From an uncultured Elusimicrobia bacterium (GTDB lineage Bacteria; Elusimicrobiota; Elusimicrobia; 2-01-FULL-59-12), in assembly GCA_963702895.1 (NCBI GenBank), contig OY969767.1, forward strand, positions 1,664,001 to 1,728,000: a stretch of DNA of 64,000 nt, given 5' to 3'. This document shows positions 43,691 to 54,012 of the stretch, in pieces (within the stretch, counting starts at the first letter, position 1; each line of letters opens with the position of its first letter). Made by a program: the position numbers and the translations under genes. The notes below the pieces were generated by a model, which saw nothing but the letters and a program-made list of their open reading frames with translations, did no database searches and was not told the origin of the DNA.

Positions 43691-43722
43691 GGCCGAGCCA
43701 TAGCGAGAGCCGAGGGTGAGGG
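43627..43722. repeat. CCCTCACCC..GGGTGAGGG palindromic element (related partial copy at 22777-22829)
   Basis: 12-bp terminal IR and perfect inner palindrome ccctctcccgcgtgcacgcgggagaggg. Confidence 0.8.
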
Positions 43723-43734
43723 CACGATGAACAT

Positions 43735-44448
43735 TTATTTTTCTTCCTTGAACATATCTTCGGCGGGAATGAAACGGTAGCCGTTTTTCTCGAGCGTGTC
43801 GATGACGACGATGAGGGCCTCGAGAGTTTTTTCACGGCGGCGGCCGCCATCGTGAAACAGAAACACGGCGCCGGGCTTGGCGGCCGCCACGTATTCTTGC
43901 GCCATTTGCGCGGCGCTTTTCTTCAGGAGCCAGTCCGTGCCAAAGGTCCAATGAACCAGCGCGTACCCATGTTCTTCTAACGTGGGCAAGAGCCAATGGC
44001 GATTGTTTTTGTTGAGGGCGCCGTGCGGCATGCGCACCACTTTGGTTTGGACGCCGGCCGCCCTTTGGAGCGCCGCTTCCGTTTGCTGGAGCTCATGAAC
44101 AAAGCGATCGGGATAAGCGTTCTTGGCGAGGCCATAATTGAAGTGCTTGTAGGTATGGTTTCCGATTTCATGCCCGGCATCGGCCACTTGTTTGGCAATC
44201 TTCGGAAAGGCTTCAATTTGGGTACCTTCCATAAAGAATGTCGCTCGGATATTGTGCGCTTTAAGGATTTCTAAAATCTTCGGCGTGAAAGGCCCCGGGC
44301 CATCGTCAAAAGTGAGAGCGATGACTTTATCTTTCGTTTGGCCTGTGTGATAGAAACGGCCGGCCTTATACGCCCACGCCAGGCGCGGAGAGATGGCCAG
44401 CCCCAAAGAGAGAAGCCCCAGAAGGATGACGTTCATTGTTTGCATCAT
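43735..44448 (-). CDS. Polysaccharide deacetylase (CE4/NodB)
   Basis: TFDDGP, GNHTYKH, RMPHG, LFHDGG. Confidence 0.92.
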   Translation of the reverse strand: MMQTMNVILLGLLSLGLAISPRLAWAYKAGRFYHTGQTKDKVIALTFDDGPGPFTPKILEILKAHNIRATFFMEGTQIEAFPKIAKQVADAGHEIGNHTYKHFNYGLAKNAYPDRFVHELQQTEAALQRAAGVQTKVVRMPHGALNKNNRHWLLPTLEEHGYALVHWTFGTDWLLKKSAAQMAQEYVAAAKPGAVFLFHDGGRRREKTLEALIVVIDTLEKNGYRFIPAEDMFKEEK

Positions 44449-45032
44449 CGTCCCAAAACCAGATTGAACGCGCTCAGGGCTGTGGCGCTTAAAAGGGGCA
44501 GCCAGAAATTGTCATGAAACGGAAGCTTTCGTGACTCGATCCAGGCCCCGGAAAGGGCCCCTGCGATCGCGACCGGCCACCGGAGAAAGAGGCTGGCCCA
44601 GAGGGCCGACACCACCACAAAGCCGGCGCTCCCCTCGAGAGTCTTGGGAGGGTTCTGGGGCCAGACCCGCTTGCCCCATTTCTTTCCACAAAGAGCCGCC
44701 GCCGCGTCGCCAAAGACGAGAAACCCCAGGGCCGGCAACACAATTCGGAAATTCGTGAAGATGAGCATCGTGCCCCAACAACCCAGCAAGGTCCAGAAGA
44801 TTGATGAAGGATGCAGCACTTCGCTTTCTCGATGAAGGCCGCGGAATTTGGCGAGACACCAGGCGTTGAGCTCGGGTCTCCGGAGACGCAGGAACTCCAT
44901 CACCGACAGGGCCGCCAAGAACAGTCCCAGAATCAAAAGGCCCAGCGGTCTGGGCAAGAACCAGTAGACGAGCAAGTACACGACGGCCAAATGATGGAAG
45001 GCCTTGCGCCGGAGCTCATTTCGAAGTGACAT
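44445..45032 (-). CDS. Dolichol/phytol kinase family membrane protein
   Basis: RRKAFHH, GDAAAALCG, KTLEGS, DNF. Confidence 0.85.
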   Translation of the reverse strand: MSLRNELRRKAFHHLAVVYLLVYWFLPRPLGLLILGLFLAALSVMEFLRLRRPELNAWCLAKFRGLHRESEVLHPSSIFWTLLGCWGTMLIFTNFRIVLPALGFLVFGDAAAALCGKKWGKRVWPQNPPKTLEGSAGFVVVSALWASLFLRWPVAIAGALSGAWIESRKLPFHDNFWLPLLSATALSAFNLVLGR

Positions 45033-45723
45033 GCAGTGCTCCTCCCACGACCACCTGGGTACCTTTGGTCAGCTGTTTAACGGCCTCCAAAGTCTCCTCG
45101 CCACTGACTTTCGCAAAGCGTTTCCAAGACACCGTTCTCGGGAACAACAGTCCAAGAACGAGGATCACCGACAAAGCGTTCCCCAAATAGATCAGAACGG
45201 CTGAAAGAAATTTTCCCGCAGACTTAAGATCAGGCTGATCGATCATGAGCGCGTAAGCCGTCAGGGCCATGTGGAACCCAATCGATAAGCCTAGAACCCA
45301 TAAGAAGGCATGCCCATAACGCCGCCACTCCGGCAGGAAATAACAAGCTGTGTAAAACAGAATCATCACCAGCACCGCGTAGACCGGGAGCACGTAAGGA
45401 GCCAGGGCGATAAAGGTGTTGCTTTTATCGACCGTGACCGATCCCCCCTTTTTGCTCACATGAAATCGGCGGACTTTGGCGCCGCTCACCCAGGCGGCGA
45501 TCGCGTGGCTGAGTTCATGGCCAAAAACGTAGGTTCGAATCGGGCGAAAGAACACCCATTGCAAGGCAAAGTAACTCACGACGCCGGCAAAGAAATAAAA
45601 GGAGCCTTCGGGAACATCCTTGAAGGGGCGCAACACCGACCAAAGCCCCAACGTGACGCCATAACAGGCAGGAAGGAGCGCGACCGCTATGAAAAATCGC
45701 ATCAATTTCTTCATAAAAGACAA
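45016..45723 (-). CDS. M50B-like membrane metallopeptidase
   Basis: HELSH, ALAPY, Q.DL; TM helices. Confidence 0.78.
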   Translation of the reverse strand: MSFMKKLMRFFIAVALLPACYGVTLGLWSVLRPFKDVPEGSFYFFAGVVSYFALQWVFFRPIRTYVFGHELSHAIAAWVSGAKVRRFHVSKKGGSVTVDKSNTFIALAPYVLPVYAVLVMILFYTACYFLPEWRRYGHAFLWVLGLSIGFHMALTAYALMIDQPDLKSAGKFLSAVLIYLGNALSVILVLGLLFPRTVSWKRFAKVSGEETLEAVKQLTKGTQVVVGGALHVTSK

Positions 45724-45746
45724 CGTATGATATCATGGTTGCCGCG

Positions 45747-47138
45747 ATGAAGACCCGCACAGAAAAAGACAGCATGGGTGAATTGGAGATCCCCGAGCAC
45801 GCCTATTATGGCGTTCAGACGCAACGCGCCGTCGTCAATTTTCCGATCAGCGGCTGGAAAGCTTTTCCGGAGTTGATTCTGGCCACCGCCCAACTGAAGA
45901 AGGCAGCGGCGCTGGCCAATCAAACACTCTCCCTCATAGACGCCTCAAAAGCGGACGCCATCGTAAAAGCCTGTGATGAGATGATCGCGGGCAAATTTCA
46001 TGAGCATGTCGTGGTTGACGTCTTCCAGGCTGGCGCCGGGACGTCTTACCACATGAACATCAATGAGATCTTGGCCAACCGCGGCATCGAGATCCTGGGC
46101 GGAAAGCGCGGCGACCATAAACTCCTGAGCCCCAACGATCACGTCAACTACGGCCAGTCGACCAATGACGTGATCCCCACGAGCATCCGGGTCATGATCG
46201 TGATCAACAGCACCCAGTTCCTGAAGGTCCTGCGGGACCTACGTGATGCCTTCCTGAAAAAAGGCAAGGAGTTTGACGGCCTCATCAAGTCCGGGCGCAC
46301 CCATCTGCAGGACGCCGTCCCCGTGCGGCTCGGGCAAGAGTTTCACGCCTGGGCCAGCATCCTCGAGACCCATATCGTGGCTTATCAGAGGGCCCTGGAG
46401 GACGTGAAAGTGCTGGGCATCGGCGGCAGCGCCGTCGGCAGCGGCTTGAACGCCCATCCTGAATATAGGTTTTTACTGGCCAAGGAGCTTTCCCAAGCGC
46501 TGCACACCGAGTTCCGCATCACGGACGACTTATTTGCCGCCATGCAGAGCATGTCCCCCTTTGTCGCCATGTCCGGGGTCTTGAGGAACTTGGCGCTGGA
46601 CGTCGTGAAGATCTGCAATGACATTCGCCTGCTCAGTTCAGGCCCTAAAACGGGGCTGGCCGAGATTGAGCTTCCCGCCTGTCAGCCGGGCTCTTCCATC
46701 ATGCCGGCCAAAGTGAATCCTGTGATGCCTGAGATGCTGACGATGGTCTGTTTCCAGGTGATCGGCAATGACCAGGCCATCGCCTACGCGTCCCAAGCGG
46801 GTCAGTTGGAACTCAATGTCATGATGCCGCTCATCGCCTTTGACCTCATGATGTCCCTGAAGATTCTGGAGAACGGCCTGCGGGTCTTCACCCAGAGGTG
46901 TGTGGAAGGCATCACGGCCAACGCGGAGCGCTGCCGCCATTTCGCCGAAAGAAGCGCGGCGCTCGTGACGGCCTTGAACACGCATATCGGCTATTTGAAG
47001 GCGGCAGCGGTCGCCAAGGAGGCGCTCTCCTCTCATAAAAGCATTCGCGAAATCGTTTTAGAGCAGAAGTTGATGACCCCAGAAGCTCTAGAGAAAGCCC
47101 TCGATCTGGACGCCATGACACGAGCGGCCGAAAAATAA
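45747..47138 (+). CDS. aspA: Aspartate ammonia-lyase (fumarase/aspartase superfamily)
   Basis: RTEKDSMG, QAGAGTS, GRTHLQDA, GSSIMPAKVNP. Confidence 0.8.
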   Translation: MKTRTEKDSMGELEIPEHAYYGVQTQRAVVNFPISGWKAFPELILATAQLKKAAALANQTLSLIDASKADAIVKACDEMIAGKFHEHVVVDVFQAGAGTSYHMNINEILANRGIEILGGKRGDHKLLSPNDHVNYGQSTNDVIPTSIRVMIVINSTQFLKVLRDLRDAFLKKGKEFDGLIKSGRTHLQDAVPVRLGQEFHAWASILETHIVAYQRALEDVKVLGIGGSAVGSGLNAHPEYRFLLAKELSQALHTEFRITDDLFAAMQSMSPFVAMSGVLRNLALDVVKICNDIRLLSSGPKTGLAEIELPACQPGSSIMPAKVNPVMPEMLTMVCFQVIGNDQAIAYASQAGQLELNVMMPLIAFDLMMSLKILENGLRVFTQRCVEGITANAERCRHFAERSAALVTALNTHIGYLKAAAVAKEALSSHKSIREIVLEQKLMTPEALEKALDLDAMTRAAEK

Positions 47139-47157
47139 AAACCCAGGAGGAAGTCCC

Positions 47158-47724
47158 ATGAAACGACCTATGTTTTTCATCGCCAGCTTACTCCTCATAG
47201 GAGGAACCATGAGTCTTGAAGCGAAAACTGCTGTCCTTGAGACCACCCAAGGCACGATTGTTTGCAAACTCTTTGATAAAGAGACGCCGGTCACGGTAGC
47301 CAATTTTACCGGACTTGCTTCGGGCACGAAGGAATACACCGACGCCAAAACAGGGCAAAAGAAGAAGTCCCGTTTCTATGATGGCATCATTTTCCATCGC
47401 GTCATTCCCAGCTTCATGATCCAGGGTGGTGATCCCCTCGGCACGGGAACGGGCGGTCCGGGGTATCAGTTTCAGGATGAGATTGTATCGTCTTTGGTTT
47501 TTGACAAGGCAGGAAAATTGGCCATGGCCAACGCCGGTCCCGGGACCAATGGCAGTCAGTTTTTCATCACGGTCGCCCCCACGCCCTGGCTCAATGGCCG
47601 CCATACCATCTTCGGTGAAGTGACCCAGGGGCAGGACGTCGTCGAGGCTATCAGCAAAGTCGATCGCGACGCCAGCGACAGACCCAAAACGCCCGTCGTC
47701 ATTAAGAAAATTACAATTAAGTAA
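47158..47724 (+). CDS. Cyclophilin-type peptidyl-prolyl isomerase (signal peptide)
   Basis: FHRVIPSFMIQGGD, MANAGPGTNGSQFFIT. Confidence 0.95.
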   Translation: MKRPMFFIASLLLIGGTMSLEAKTAVLETTQGTIVCKLFDKETPVTVANFTGLASGTKEYTDAKTGQKKKSRFYDGIIFHRVIPSFMIQGGDPLGTGTGGPGYQFQDEIVSSLVFDKAGKLAMANAGPGTNGSQFFITVAPTPWLNGRHTIFGEVTQGQDVVEAISKVDRDASDRPKTPVVIKKITIK

Positions 47725-48213
47725 TCAGGTAAACTTCAGCCGGCTTAGGATACCGGAGAACATGGGCGAGAAGGTCGACCAGCTCTCGGCGGTCGCCAGG
47801 CACTGGACGATGTAAACGCCCTTCGGGGCGGCGATGTAGTAGTGAACGAACCTCTTACTCGAATCCTTGGCGTCTGTCCCGATGATCTTGATGGCTCGGT
47901 GACCATCGACCGTGGCATTGGAGCGGGCCCAATCCTCTGGGTGGCCTTCGGTCTCAAGTTCCTTGGCAGCTGCCCATTCAATATCCGTGATCTGATCGCT
48001 CTTTAAGACCCCGATCGCCGCTGTTCCCCCCGCCAAATCTTCATAATGGAAGGCGAGGGCCTTGGGAATCTTGCTCGGAGTCCAGTCCGCCGGCACCGTG
48101 ATGACGAGATCGAGCAGGTTGCTCTTATAAGGAACCCATCGCACTTTATCAGCCGCAAGACAAACGCTGGACAGACCCAAGAGCATCAAGAACGCATAAG
48201 GTTTGAGATTCAT
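47725..48213 (-). CDS. Secreted hypothetical protein (PsbP/Mog1-like pattern)
   Basis: Signal peptide, VPADW, ends LSRLKF. Confidence 0.6.
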   Translation of the reverse strand: MNLKPYAFLMLLGLSSVCLAADKVRWVPYKSNLLDLVITVPADWTPSKIPKALAFHYEDLAGGTAAIGVLKSDQITDIEWAAAKELETEGHPEDWARSNATVDGHRAIKIIGTDAKDSSKRFVHYYIAAPKGVYIVQCLATAESWSTFSPMFSGILSRLKFT

Positions 48214-48315
48214 GCCTATTTTCTATCTTGTATCATCGAATTTGTCCAGTCCTATTCTGATTCATCAACGAGAAATGTCCCCGACCTTGCAGGGAACCGC
48301 CTTCGGAGGCGGCTT

Positions 48316-48324
48316 TGATATAAT
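48316..48324 (+). promoter_or_regulatory. Extended -10 (TGnTATAAT) 6 nt before the acnA ATG
   Basis: tgatataat-ccgcgc-ATG, no SD. Confidence 0.65.
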
Positions 48325-48330
48325 CCGCGC

Positions 48331-51027
48331 ATGATCTGCCTGGATACTTTCAAATGCCGCCAGACACTCCCGATCGACGGTAAACCCTTTGAAATCTTCA
48401 GCTTGGCGGCCTTCTCCAAAACGACGGGGATGGATCTTCACCGGCTGCCCTATTCGCTCCGGATCCTCCTCGAAAATCTCATCCGCCATGAAGACGGCCG
48501 CTTTGTCAAAGCGGACGACATCAAGGCGCTCGCGATGCGGGACAAAGATCACGAAATCGCCTTCTCTCCGGCACGCGTGCTGATGCAGGACTTTACGGGG
48601 GTTCCGGCCATCGTGGACCTGGCCGCCATGCGCGATGCCATGAAAGCGCTGGGCGGCAATCCTGAAAGAATTAATCCGCTTGTTCCGGTGGACCTGGTGA
48701 TTGATCACTCGGTGCAGGTCGATCAATTCGGCGACGGAGGGTCCTTCGCCCATAACACAAGCCTGGACTATGAGCGCAACCGCGAGCGCTACGCGTTCCT
48801 GCGCTGGGGGCAGAAAGCCTTTCACGATTTCCGTGTGGTTCCTCCTGGGGCCGGCATCTGCCACCAAGTCAATTTGGAATACCTTGCCGGCGTTGTGATC
48901 GCCCGAAAAATCAACGGAGCGCTTTGGGCTTTCCCGGACACGCTCGTGGGCACAGATTCGCATACCGTCATGATCAACGGGCTGGGCGTGCTCGGCTGGG
49001 GCGTGGGCGGCATTGAAGCCGAAGCCGCCATGCTGGGCCAGCCTAGCTCGATGCTTATTCCGGAAGTGCTTGGCGTTAAGCTAAGCGGCCGTATGAGGGA
49101 GGGCACAACGGCCACCGATGCGGTCCTCACCATCACGGAGAGGCTGCGGAAAAAAGGTGTCGTAGGAAAGTTTGTCGAGTTTTTCGGGCCCGGCATGGCG
49201 GGCCTTCCTGTGGCCGACCGCGCGACCATCGGCAATATGGCGCCCGAATATGGTGCCACCATGGGATTTTTCCCGGTGGATGCTCAGACCTTGCGGTACC
49301 TGGAACTGACCCATCGGTCGGCTGAACAAATCAAGCTGATCGAGACCTATCTCAAAGCCCAAGGTCTCTTCCGGACAGACGAGTCTTTCGAGCCACAGTT
49401 CTCCGACACTCTCGAGCTTGATCTTTCCACGGTGGAACCTTCCGTGGCCGGTCCCAAGCGCCCTCAAGACCGGGTCGCTTTGAAGAACGTGAAAACCTCC
49501 TGGGCCTCTTCTCTTCCCCCACTCCTTGAGAAGAAGGCGAAGAATGACGGCACTCCCACACGGATACCCGCCGACGCCAAAGCCCATGTCTCGCATCAAG
49601 GGTTCAGCTACGACCTCACGCATGGCTCTGTCGTCATCGCGGCGATCACCAGCTGTACGAACACCTCCAATCCTTCGGTCATGATCGGAGCGGGCCTCGT
49701 CGCCAAACATGCTGTGGAAAAGGGTCTCCAGCGTAAACCTTGGGTCAAAACGAGCCTGGCGCCGGGCTCCAAAGTGGTGACGAACTACCTGGAGGCCACG
49801 GGACTCCAGAAATACTTGGACCAGCTTGGCTTTAACCTGGTGGGCTATGGATGCACCACCTGTATTGGCAACTCCGGGCCACTGCCAGAACCGGTCAGCA
49901 AAGCCGTGAAAGAAAAAGATCTTGTCGTTTCAGCCGTTCTTTCCGGAAACCGGAATTTTGAAGGGCGCGTGAATTCCCAGGTCAGAGCGAATTATTTGGC
50001 CTCCCCCCCGCTGGTGGTCGCTTATGCGCTGGCGGGTCATATGGACTTCGATCCCTACACCGATCCTCTTGGAACTGGAAAGGACGGAAAACAGCTGTAT
50101 TTAAAAGATATTTGGCCTACCTCGAAAGAAGTGCAAGAAGCTGTCGGCCAGGTCAACCGGGGTATGTACGCAAAAGAATACCGTGTGATCTTTGATGGGG
50201 ATGATCGGTGGAAAGCCCTCCCTTCACCTACCGGGCAGCTCTTTCACTGGGATTCCACTTCCACGTATGTCAAAAATCCCCCCTATTTTGAAAACATTCA
50301 GAAGAAACCAGCCGCTCTGCTCGACATCCAGAACGCCCGGGTGCTCGCGGTGCTGGGGGATTCGGTCACAACCGACCATATCTCGCCAGCGGGTTCGATC
50401 CCCCAAGACAGCCCAGCCGGACAATATCTCTTGGGGCGCGGCGTTGTCCCGAAGGATTTCAATTCCTACGGCGCGCGCCGCGGCAACGATGAGGTCATGG
50501 TCCGTGGGACTTTCGGCAATATCCGTTTGAAAAACCTTCTCGCTCCCGGCACCGAGGGCGGCTACACCGTCCATCTGCCAGAGAAGTCCCCCACCACGAT
50601 CTTTGAGGCTTCCAGGACGTATAAGAAGGACAACGTTCCGCTTCTGGTCATCGCCGGCAAGGAATACGGTTCAGGCTCGAGCCGTGATTGGGCCGCCAAA
50701 GGTCCCGCCCTCTTGGGGGTCAAGGCCGTCATCGCAGAAAGCTACGAGAGAATTCACCGCTCGAACCTGGTGGGGATGGGCATTTTGCCTCTGCAGTTTA
50801 AGACGGGAGAGTCTCGAGAGTCGCTGGGATTAACCGGCGAAGAACTCTACGCGATCGACGGCATCGCTCGGGATCTGAAGCCGAAAAAAGAGGTCCAGGT
50901 CAAAGTGGTGGATGCGTCAGGCAAGGCCCGCACCTTCCACGCCGTCGTTCGCATTGACACCCCTGAAGAAGTGGAATATTACCGCCATGGCGGAATCTTA
51001 CCCTACGTTTTACGGCAGCTGGTTTAA
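48331..51027 (+). CDS. acnA: Aconitate hydratase A
   Basis: [42 protein letters not shown]. Confidence 0.97.
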   Translation: MICLDTFKCRQTLPIDGKPFEIFSLAAFSKTTGMDLHRLPYSLRILLENLIRHEDGRFVKADDIKALAMRDKDHEIAFSPARVLMQDFTGVPAIVDLAAMRDAMKALGGNPERINPLVPVDLVIDHSVQVDQFGDGGSFAHNTSLDYERNRERYAFLRWGQKAFHDFRVVPPGAGICHQVNLEYLAGVVIARKINGALWAFPDTLVGTDSHTVMINGLGVLGWGVGGIEAEAAMLGQPSSMLIPEVLGVKLSGRMREGTTATDAVLTITERLRKKGVVGKFVEFFGPGMAGLPVADRATIGNMAPEYGATMGFFPVDAQTLRYLELTHRSAEQIKLIETYLKAQGLFRTDESFEPQFSDTLELDLSTVEPSVAGPKRPQDRVALKNVKTSWASSLPPLLEKKAKNDGTPTRIPADAKAHVSHQGFSYDLTHGSVVIAAITSCTNTSNPSVMIGAGLVAKHAVEKGLQRKPWVKTSLAPGSKVVTNYLEATGLQKYLDQLGFNLVGYGCTTCIGNSGPLPEPVSKAVKEKDLVVSAVLSGNRNFEGRVNSQVRANYLASPPLVVAYALAGHMDFDPYTDPLGTGKDGKQLYLKDIWPTSKEVQEAVGQVNRGMYAKEYRVIFDGDDRWKALPSPTGQLFHWDSTSTYVKNPPYFENIQKKPAALLDIQNARVLAVLGDSVTTDHISPAGSIPQDSPAGQYLLGRGVVPKDFNSYGARRGNDEVMVRGTFGNIRLKNLLAPGTEGGYTVHLPEKSPTTIFEASRTYKKDNVPLLVIAGKEYGSGSSRDWAAKGPALLGVKAVIAESYERIHRSNLVGMGILPLQFKTGESRESLGLTGEELYAIDGIARDLKPKKEVQVKVVDASGKARTFHAVVRIDTPEEVEYYRHGGILPYVLRQLV

Positions 51028-51032
51028 GGCTC

Positions 51033-51132
51033 GTCACCCCGGCGCGTCGTTAGCCGGGGTCCATCATGATAGATTCCGGCCCGCCACACTGCCAGGCGGG
51101 CCGTCCTCCAAAGCTACAGTGGCGGACGGAAT
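51033..51132. repeat. Family-A palindrome carrying a family-B insert (51079-51127)
   Basis: gtcaccccggc..gccggggtcca..tagattccg[insert]ggaat. Confidence 0.75.
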
Positions 51133-51240
51133 ACTTCCTTAGGTCCTAAGACAACTTCTCCCAGAATGGTCATCCCGGCATGCCGTAAGCCGGGATCCAT
51201 AAATACCAACGATAGACCCCGGCTTTCGCCTATTAGACTT

Positions 51241-51415
51241 TTCTCGAGTCTTTGTAGACTCTAGAAGAAGACACCGACAAGAATGGAATAAGTCTAACTT
51301 TCGCCAAGGTGAAAACCATACCCCGGTAAAGACCCCATTCTTTCGTGATCCAAAGCTAGATAGAAGTGATGTCATAAAAACCCTTAATAGGCAAAGCTCG
51401 CATCACGAATGTCGG
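51241..51415 (+). ncRNA. Putative IS110 bridge RNA
   Basis: 5' hairpin, two internal-loop stem-loops carrying target-matching (CTTTCGCC, ACCCCGG) and donor-matching (ATAGAAGT, TAATAGG) segments. Confidence 0.8.
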
Positions 51416-51435
51416 CACTTACAAAAAGGAGCCTT

Positions 51436-52461
51436 ATGAACCCACCTCTCCATTACATAGGCGTTGATATCGCCGATCAAACCTTCAGCGCAACACATTA
51501 CAGCTCAGCCGAACAAAAGTATTCCAAACATCAGACGCTCGCCAATACACCCGCCGGCTTTGAGGAATTCGAAGCCTGGTTTAAGAAACGCGGAGTCGAT
51601 TCCACCAATACCGTGGTCTGCATGGAAGCCACCGGTGTTTATGCGGAGCAGCTCTGCTACTGGCTCTGTGCCAAAGGCTATCCGGTGTCGGTGGAGGCGC
51701 CGCATAAAACCAAACGCGCCTTTCACCCCCTGGGAGCCAAAAGCGACCCCATCGATAGCCGCCAGCTCGCCGAATATGCCTGGCGCTTTTTCGATCAACT
51801 CGCGTTCTGGAAACCCTCGGAAGCCTTGATCGAACAAGTCCGTGTTCTTCTGACGACGCGCGAGCAGCTGACCGGCCAGATGACCGCCAATCAAAATGCC
51901 TTGTCGGCCATCAGCCGGAAAGTCGTTCGCACGATCCTCGCCGAACAAAGCTTCCTGGACACCATCCGCCATCTCAAAGAACAGATCAAAAAAATCGATC
52001 AGGCCTTGGATCAACTGATCTCAAACCACCCCACCATTGGCCCCATGGTGAGCTTGCTGCTCACCATCCCTGGGGTGGGCCGACTCTTGACGGCCCATTT
52101 GATGGTCATCAGCCAAGGCTTTACGCGATCCCTGGAACCCCGCCGCATCGCCTCGTATTTGGGCATGTGCCCACTCGAACACTCCAGCGGAACTTCCGTG
52201 CGCAAGAATGCAAGCTCTCGCGGGATCGGTCCGGACATCATCCGCAAGCTATTGCACCTGGCAGCCCGATCCCTTCGCACACATCATCAGCAGTTCAGGC
52301 ACTACTTTGAAAGAAAAGTACAAGCCGGAAAAGCCAAACGCTTGGCGCTCAACAACATTGCCAACAAACTCTTGCGCATTATCTGTGCCGTACTGCGCAC
52401 AAAGTCACCGTATCTTGCTGACTATAGGTCAGTCAATCCTCGGATCCTAAAAAATGCTTGA
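51436..52461 (+). CDS. IS110 recombinase/transposase (RuvC-like DEDD plus Tnp20 Ser domain)
   Basis: IGVDIA, CMEATG, KSDPID, TIPGVG, SSGTS; SD AAGGAG before ATG 51436. Confidence 0.95.
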   Translation: MNPPLHYIGVDIADQTFSATHYSSAEQKYSKHQTLANTPAGFEEFEAWFKKRGVDSTNTVVCMEATGVYAEQLCYWLCAKGYPVSVEAPHKTKRAFHPLGAKSDPIDSRQLAEYAWRFFDQLAFWKPSEALIEQVRVLLTTREQLTGQMTANQNALSAISRKVVRTILAEQSFLDTIRHLKEQIKKIDQALDQLISNHPTIGPMVSLLLTIPGVGRLLTAHLMVISQGFTRSLEPRRIASYLGMCPLEHSSGTSVRKNASSRGIGPDIIRKLLHLAARSLRTHHQQFRHYFERKVQAGKAKRLALNNIANKLLRIICAVLRTKSPYLADYRSVNPRILKNA

Positions 52462-52504
52462 CCGAGGTCATAGAAATCGGGGTGACGGCCTAAATACTTC
52501 TCGG

Positions 52505-53689
52505 CTAATTCAAGTCGTTGCTGGAAGGGGCGGTTTTGGACGGGATCTGATCGAGCGCCTCGGCGTAGCGAATGTTCTTCACGGAGTAGCTGGTTGAATT
52601 GAGCATCCCACCGGAAGGCGTGTCAAACCATACGCGCTCCTCCAAGCCATCGTAATGGTTGAATTTGCCGACGAAGACTTTCCCTTTGCGTAAGGTGAGG
52701 CGAAGGGGTGCGCCTTTTTTTTGGGCCTCAAAAAACTGGACGAGCTCGGAGTGCTTGCTTTCCTTTTGCGACGCCTGCGCCTGGCCCAATTTCGCAAAAA
52801 GCGAATTCCCCTGGACAGCGGCTTTGAGCGTGATGGGGAGGTTGGGTGTTTCCTTGAGATAGATCAAGCCATCCGCCACGGTCCCCATTTGGTAGGTCGA
52901 GGGCCACAGGGACTCGGTGGCCAGGTATTGGGCGTTGGCTTCGGCATACTGAGGATCGGACGTCGCCAGCTTCCCGGTGACGCCTCGGTCGCACTGTTCC
53001 TCTGGCACCGTGATCACATTGGGGAGAAGCTCATAAGCGTCCATCGTGTCCTTGCGCTTCTTCTTCAGAGATAAAAGATGCGCCCCCTTGTCCCCGTAAA
53101 GAAAGCACATCACATCCTTCGGCGAGAGAAGGGGAAGGGCTTTGCCGGTATTTTCAAACGCGGAAAAGATCTGGGGTCCGATCTGGAGGCCCTGGTCCGT
53201 ATTATTGGACAGCCGCACGCGGAGGAAAACAATCCCTTTATCGATGATGCCGGAGGCCGTCATCGCGTACGGACCTTGGAAAACAGTCACCGATTCATTG
53301 CCGGCAGCCGTCACGCCGGGCTTTTCCCATCCCGTGAGATCACAGACCGTCCCGAGGCGTGGCCTGCCTTTGTTGAGCTGCACTTTGACGTGACGGCTTT
53401 GACCGTCTTGTTGAACGATTTCAATGTCGGAGTCTTCCGGCGCTGCCGTGATGATGTCCGGCAGCAAAGAAGCGTTCTCAGGAACCTGACCGTTGACAGA
53501 GCGGAGCACTTCCCCGACCATGATTCCCGCTTTGGAGGCAGGCGAATCTTTGATGACACTGATGATCTGGCAGGTCTCGGGGGCCTTGGTGGGTTTGGAG
53601 ATCGGGCTCAGGCGCCTGATTTCCGGCGCGCTCGAAGCGCAACCGGTCAGCGCTGCCAAAAAGATGAACCCTGCGAGTAAGCGAAGCAC
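52505..53689 (-). CDS. PDZ-domain lipoprotein
   Basis: LTGC lipobox, SPASKAGIMVGEVLRSVNG. Confidence 0.75.
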   Translation of the reverse strand: MLRLLAGFIFLAALTGCASSAPEIRRLSPISKPTKAPETCQIISVIKDSPASKAGIMVGEVLRSVNGQVPENASLLPDIITAAPEDSDIEIVQQDGQSRHVKVQLNKGRPRLGTVCDLTGWEKPGVTAAGNESVTVFQGPYAMTASGIIDKGIVFLRVRLSNNTDQGLQIGPQIFSAFENTGKALPLLSPKDVMCFLYGDKGAHLLSLKKKRKDTMDAYELLPNVITVPEEQCDRGVTGKLATSDPQYAEANAQYLATESLWPSTYQMGTVADGLIYLKETPNLPITLKAAVQGNSLFAKLGQAQASQKESKHSELVQFFEAQKKGAPLRLTLRKGKVFVGKFNHYDGLEERVWFDTPSGGMLNSTSYSVKNIRYAEALDQIPSKTAPSSNDLN

Positions 53690-53721
53690 AGCGCTATTTT
53701 AGATTACTTTTGATCAGCGGT

Positions 53722-54012
53722 CTATTCGAGCGTGGACGTGTCCATCGGAACGCCCTTGGCTTTCAGTTCAGCGCGCCAGCGCTCTTTGGCGAGGGGCAAC
53801 TTTTCCCTCGCGAGTCGACTCCATTTGGATTCTGGCGGCACGAACAAAGTCGCCGCGCTTTCGTACCACGCGTACGCGAGCTGCGCGGAAGGCGCTTTTT
53901 CCCCCTCAAGATAAGCGTGCCGGGCGCGCAGCACCACGTCCGCACAGACGATCCCGTAAACAGCCGCCGCTCCGAGAACGGCGAGGAGGATCCTTCGGCC
54001 AAGGGGGTTCAC
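53722..54012 (-). CDS. Small membrane-anchored hypothetical protein
   Basis: 4-nt overlap with panD, N-terminal TM. Confidence 0.65.
   Translation of the reverse strand: MNPLGRRILLAVLGAAAVYGIVCADVVLRARHAYLEGEKAPSAQLAYAWYESAATLFVPPESKWSRLAREKLPLAKERWRAELKAKGVPMDTSTLE

Larger units (their letters stand above)
51231..52478 (+). mobile_element. IS110-family insertion sequence, no TIRs, no long TSD
   Basis: Boundaries defined by the interrupted palindrome (1-nt C ambiguity); DEDD recombinase inside. Confidence 0.92.
51169..52486. repeat. Family-A palindrome split by IS110 (51169-51230 and 52479-52486)
   Basis: Joining the flanks restores tagaccccggctttcgcc|ggggtgac. Confidence 0.9.
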
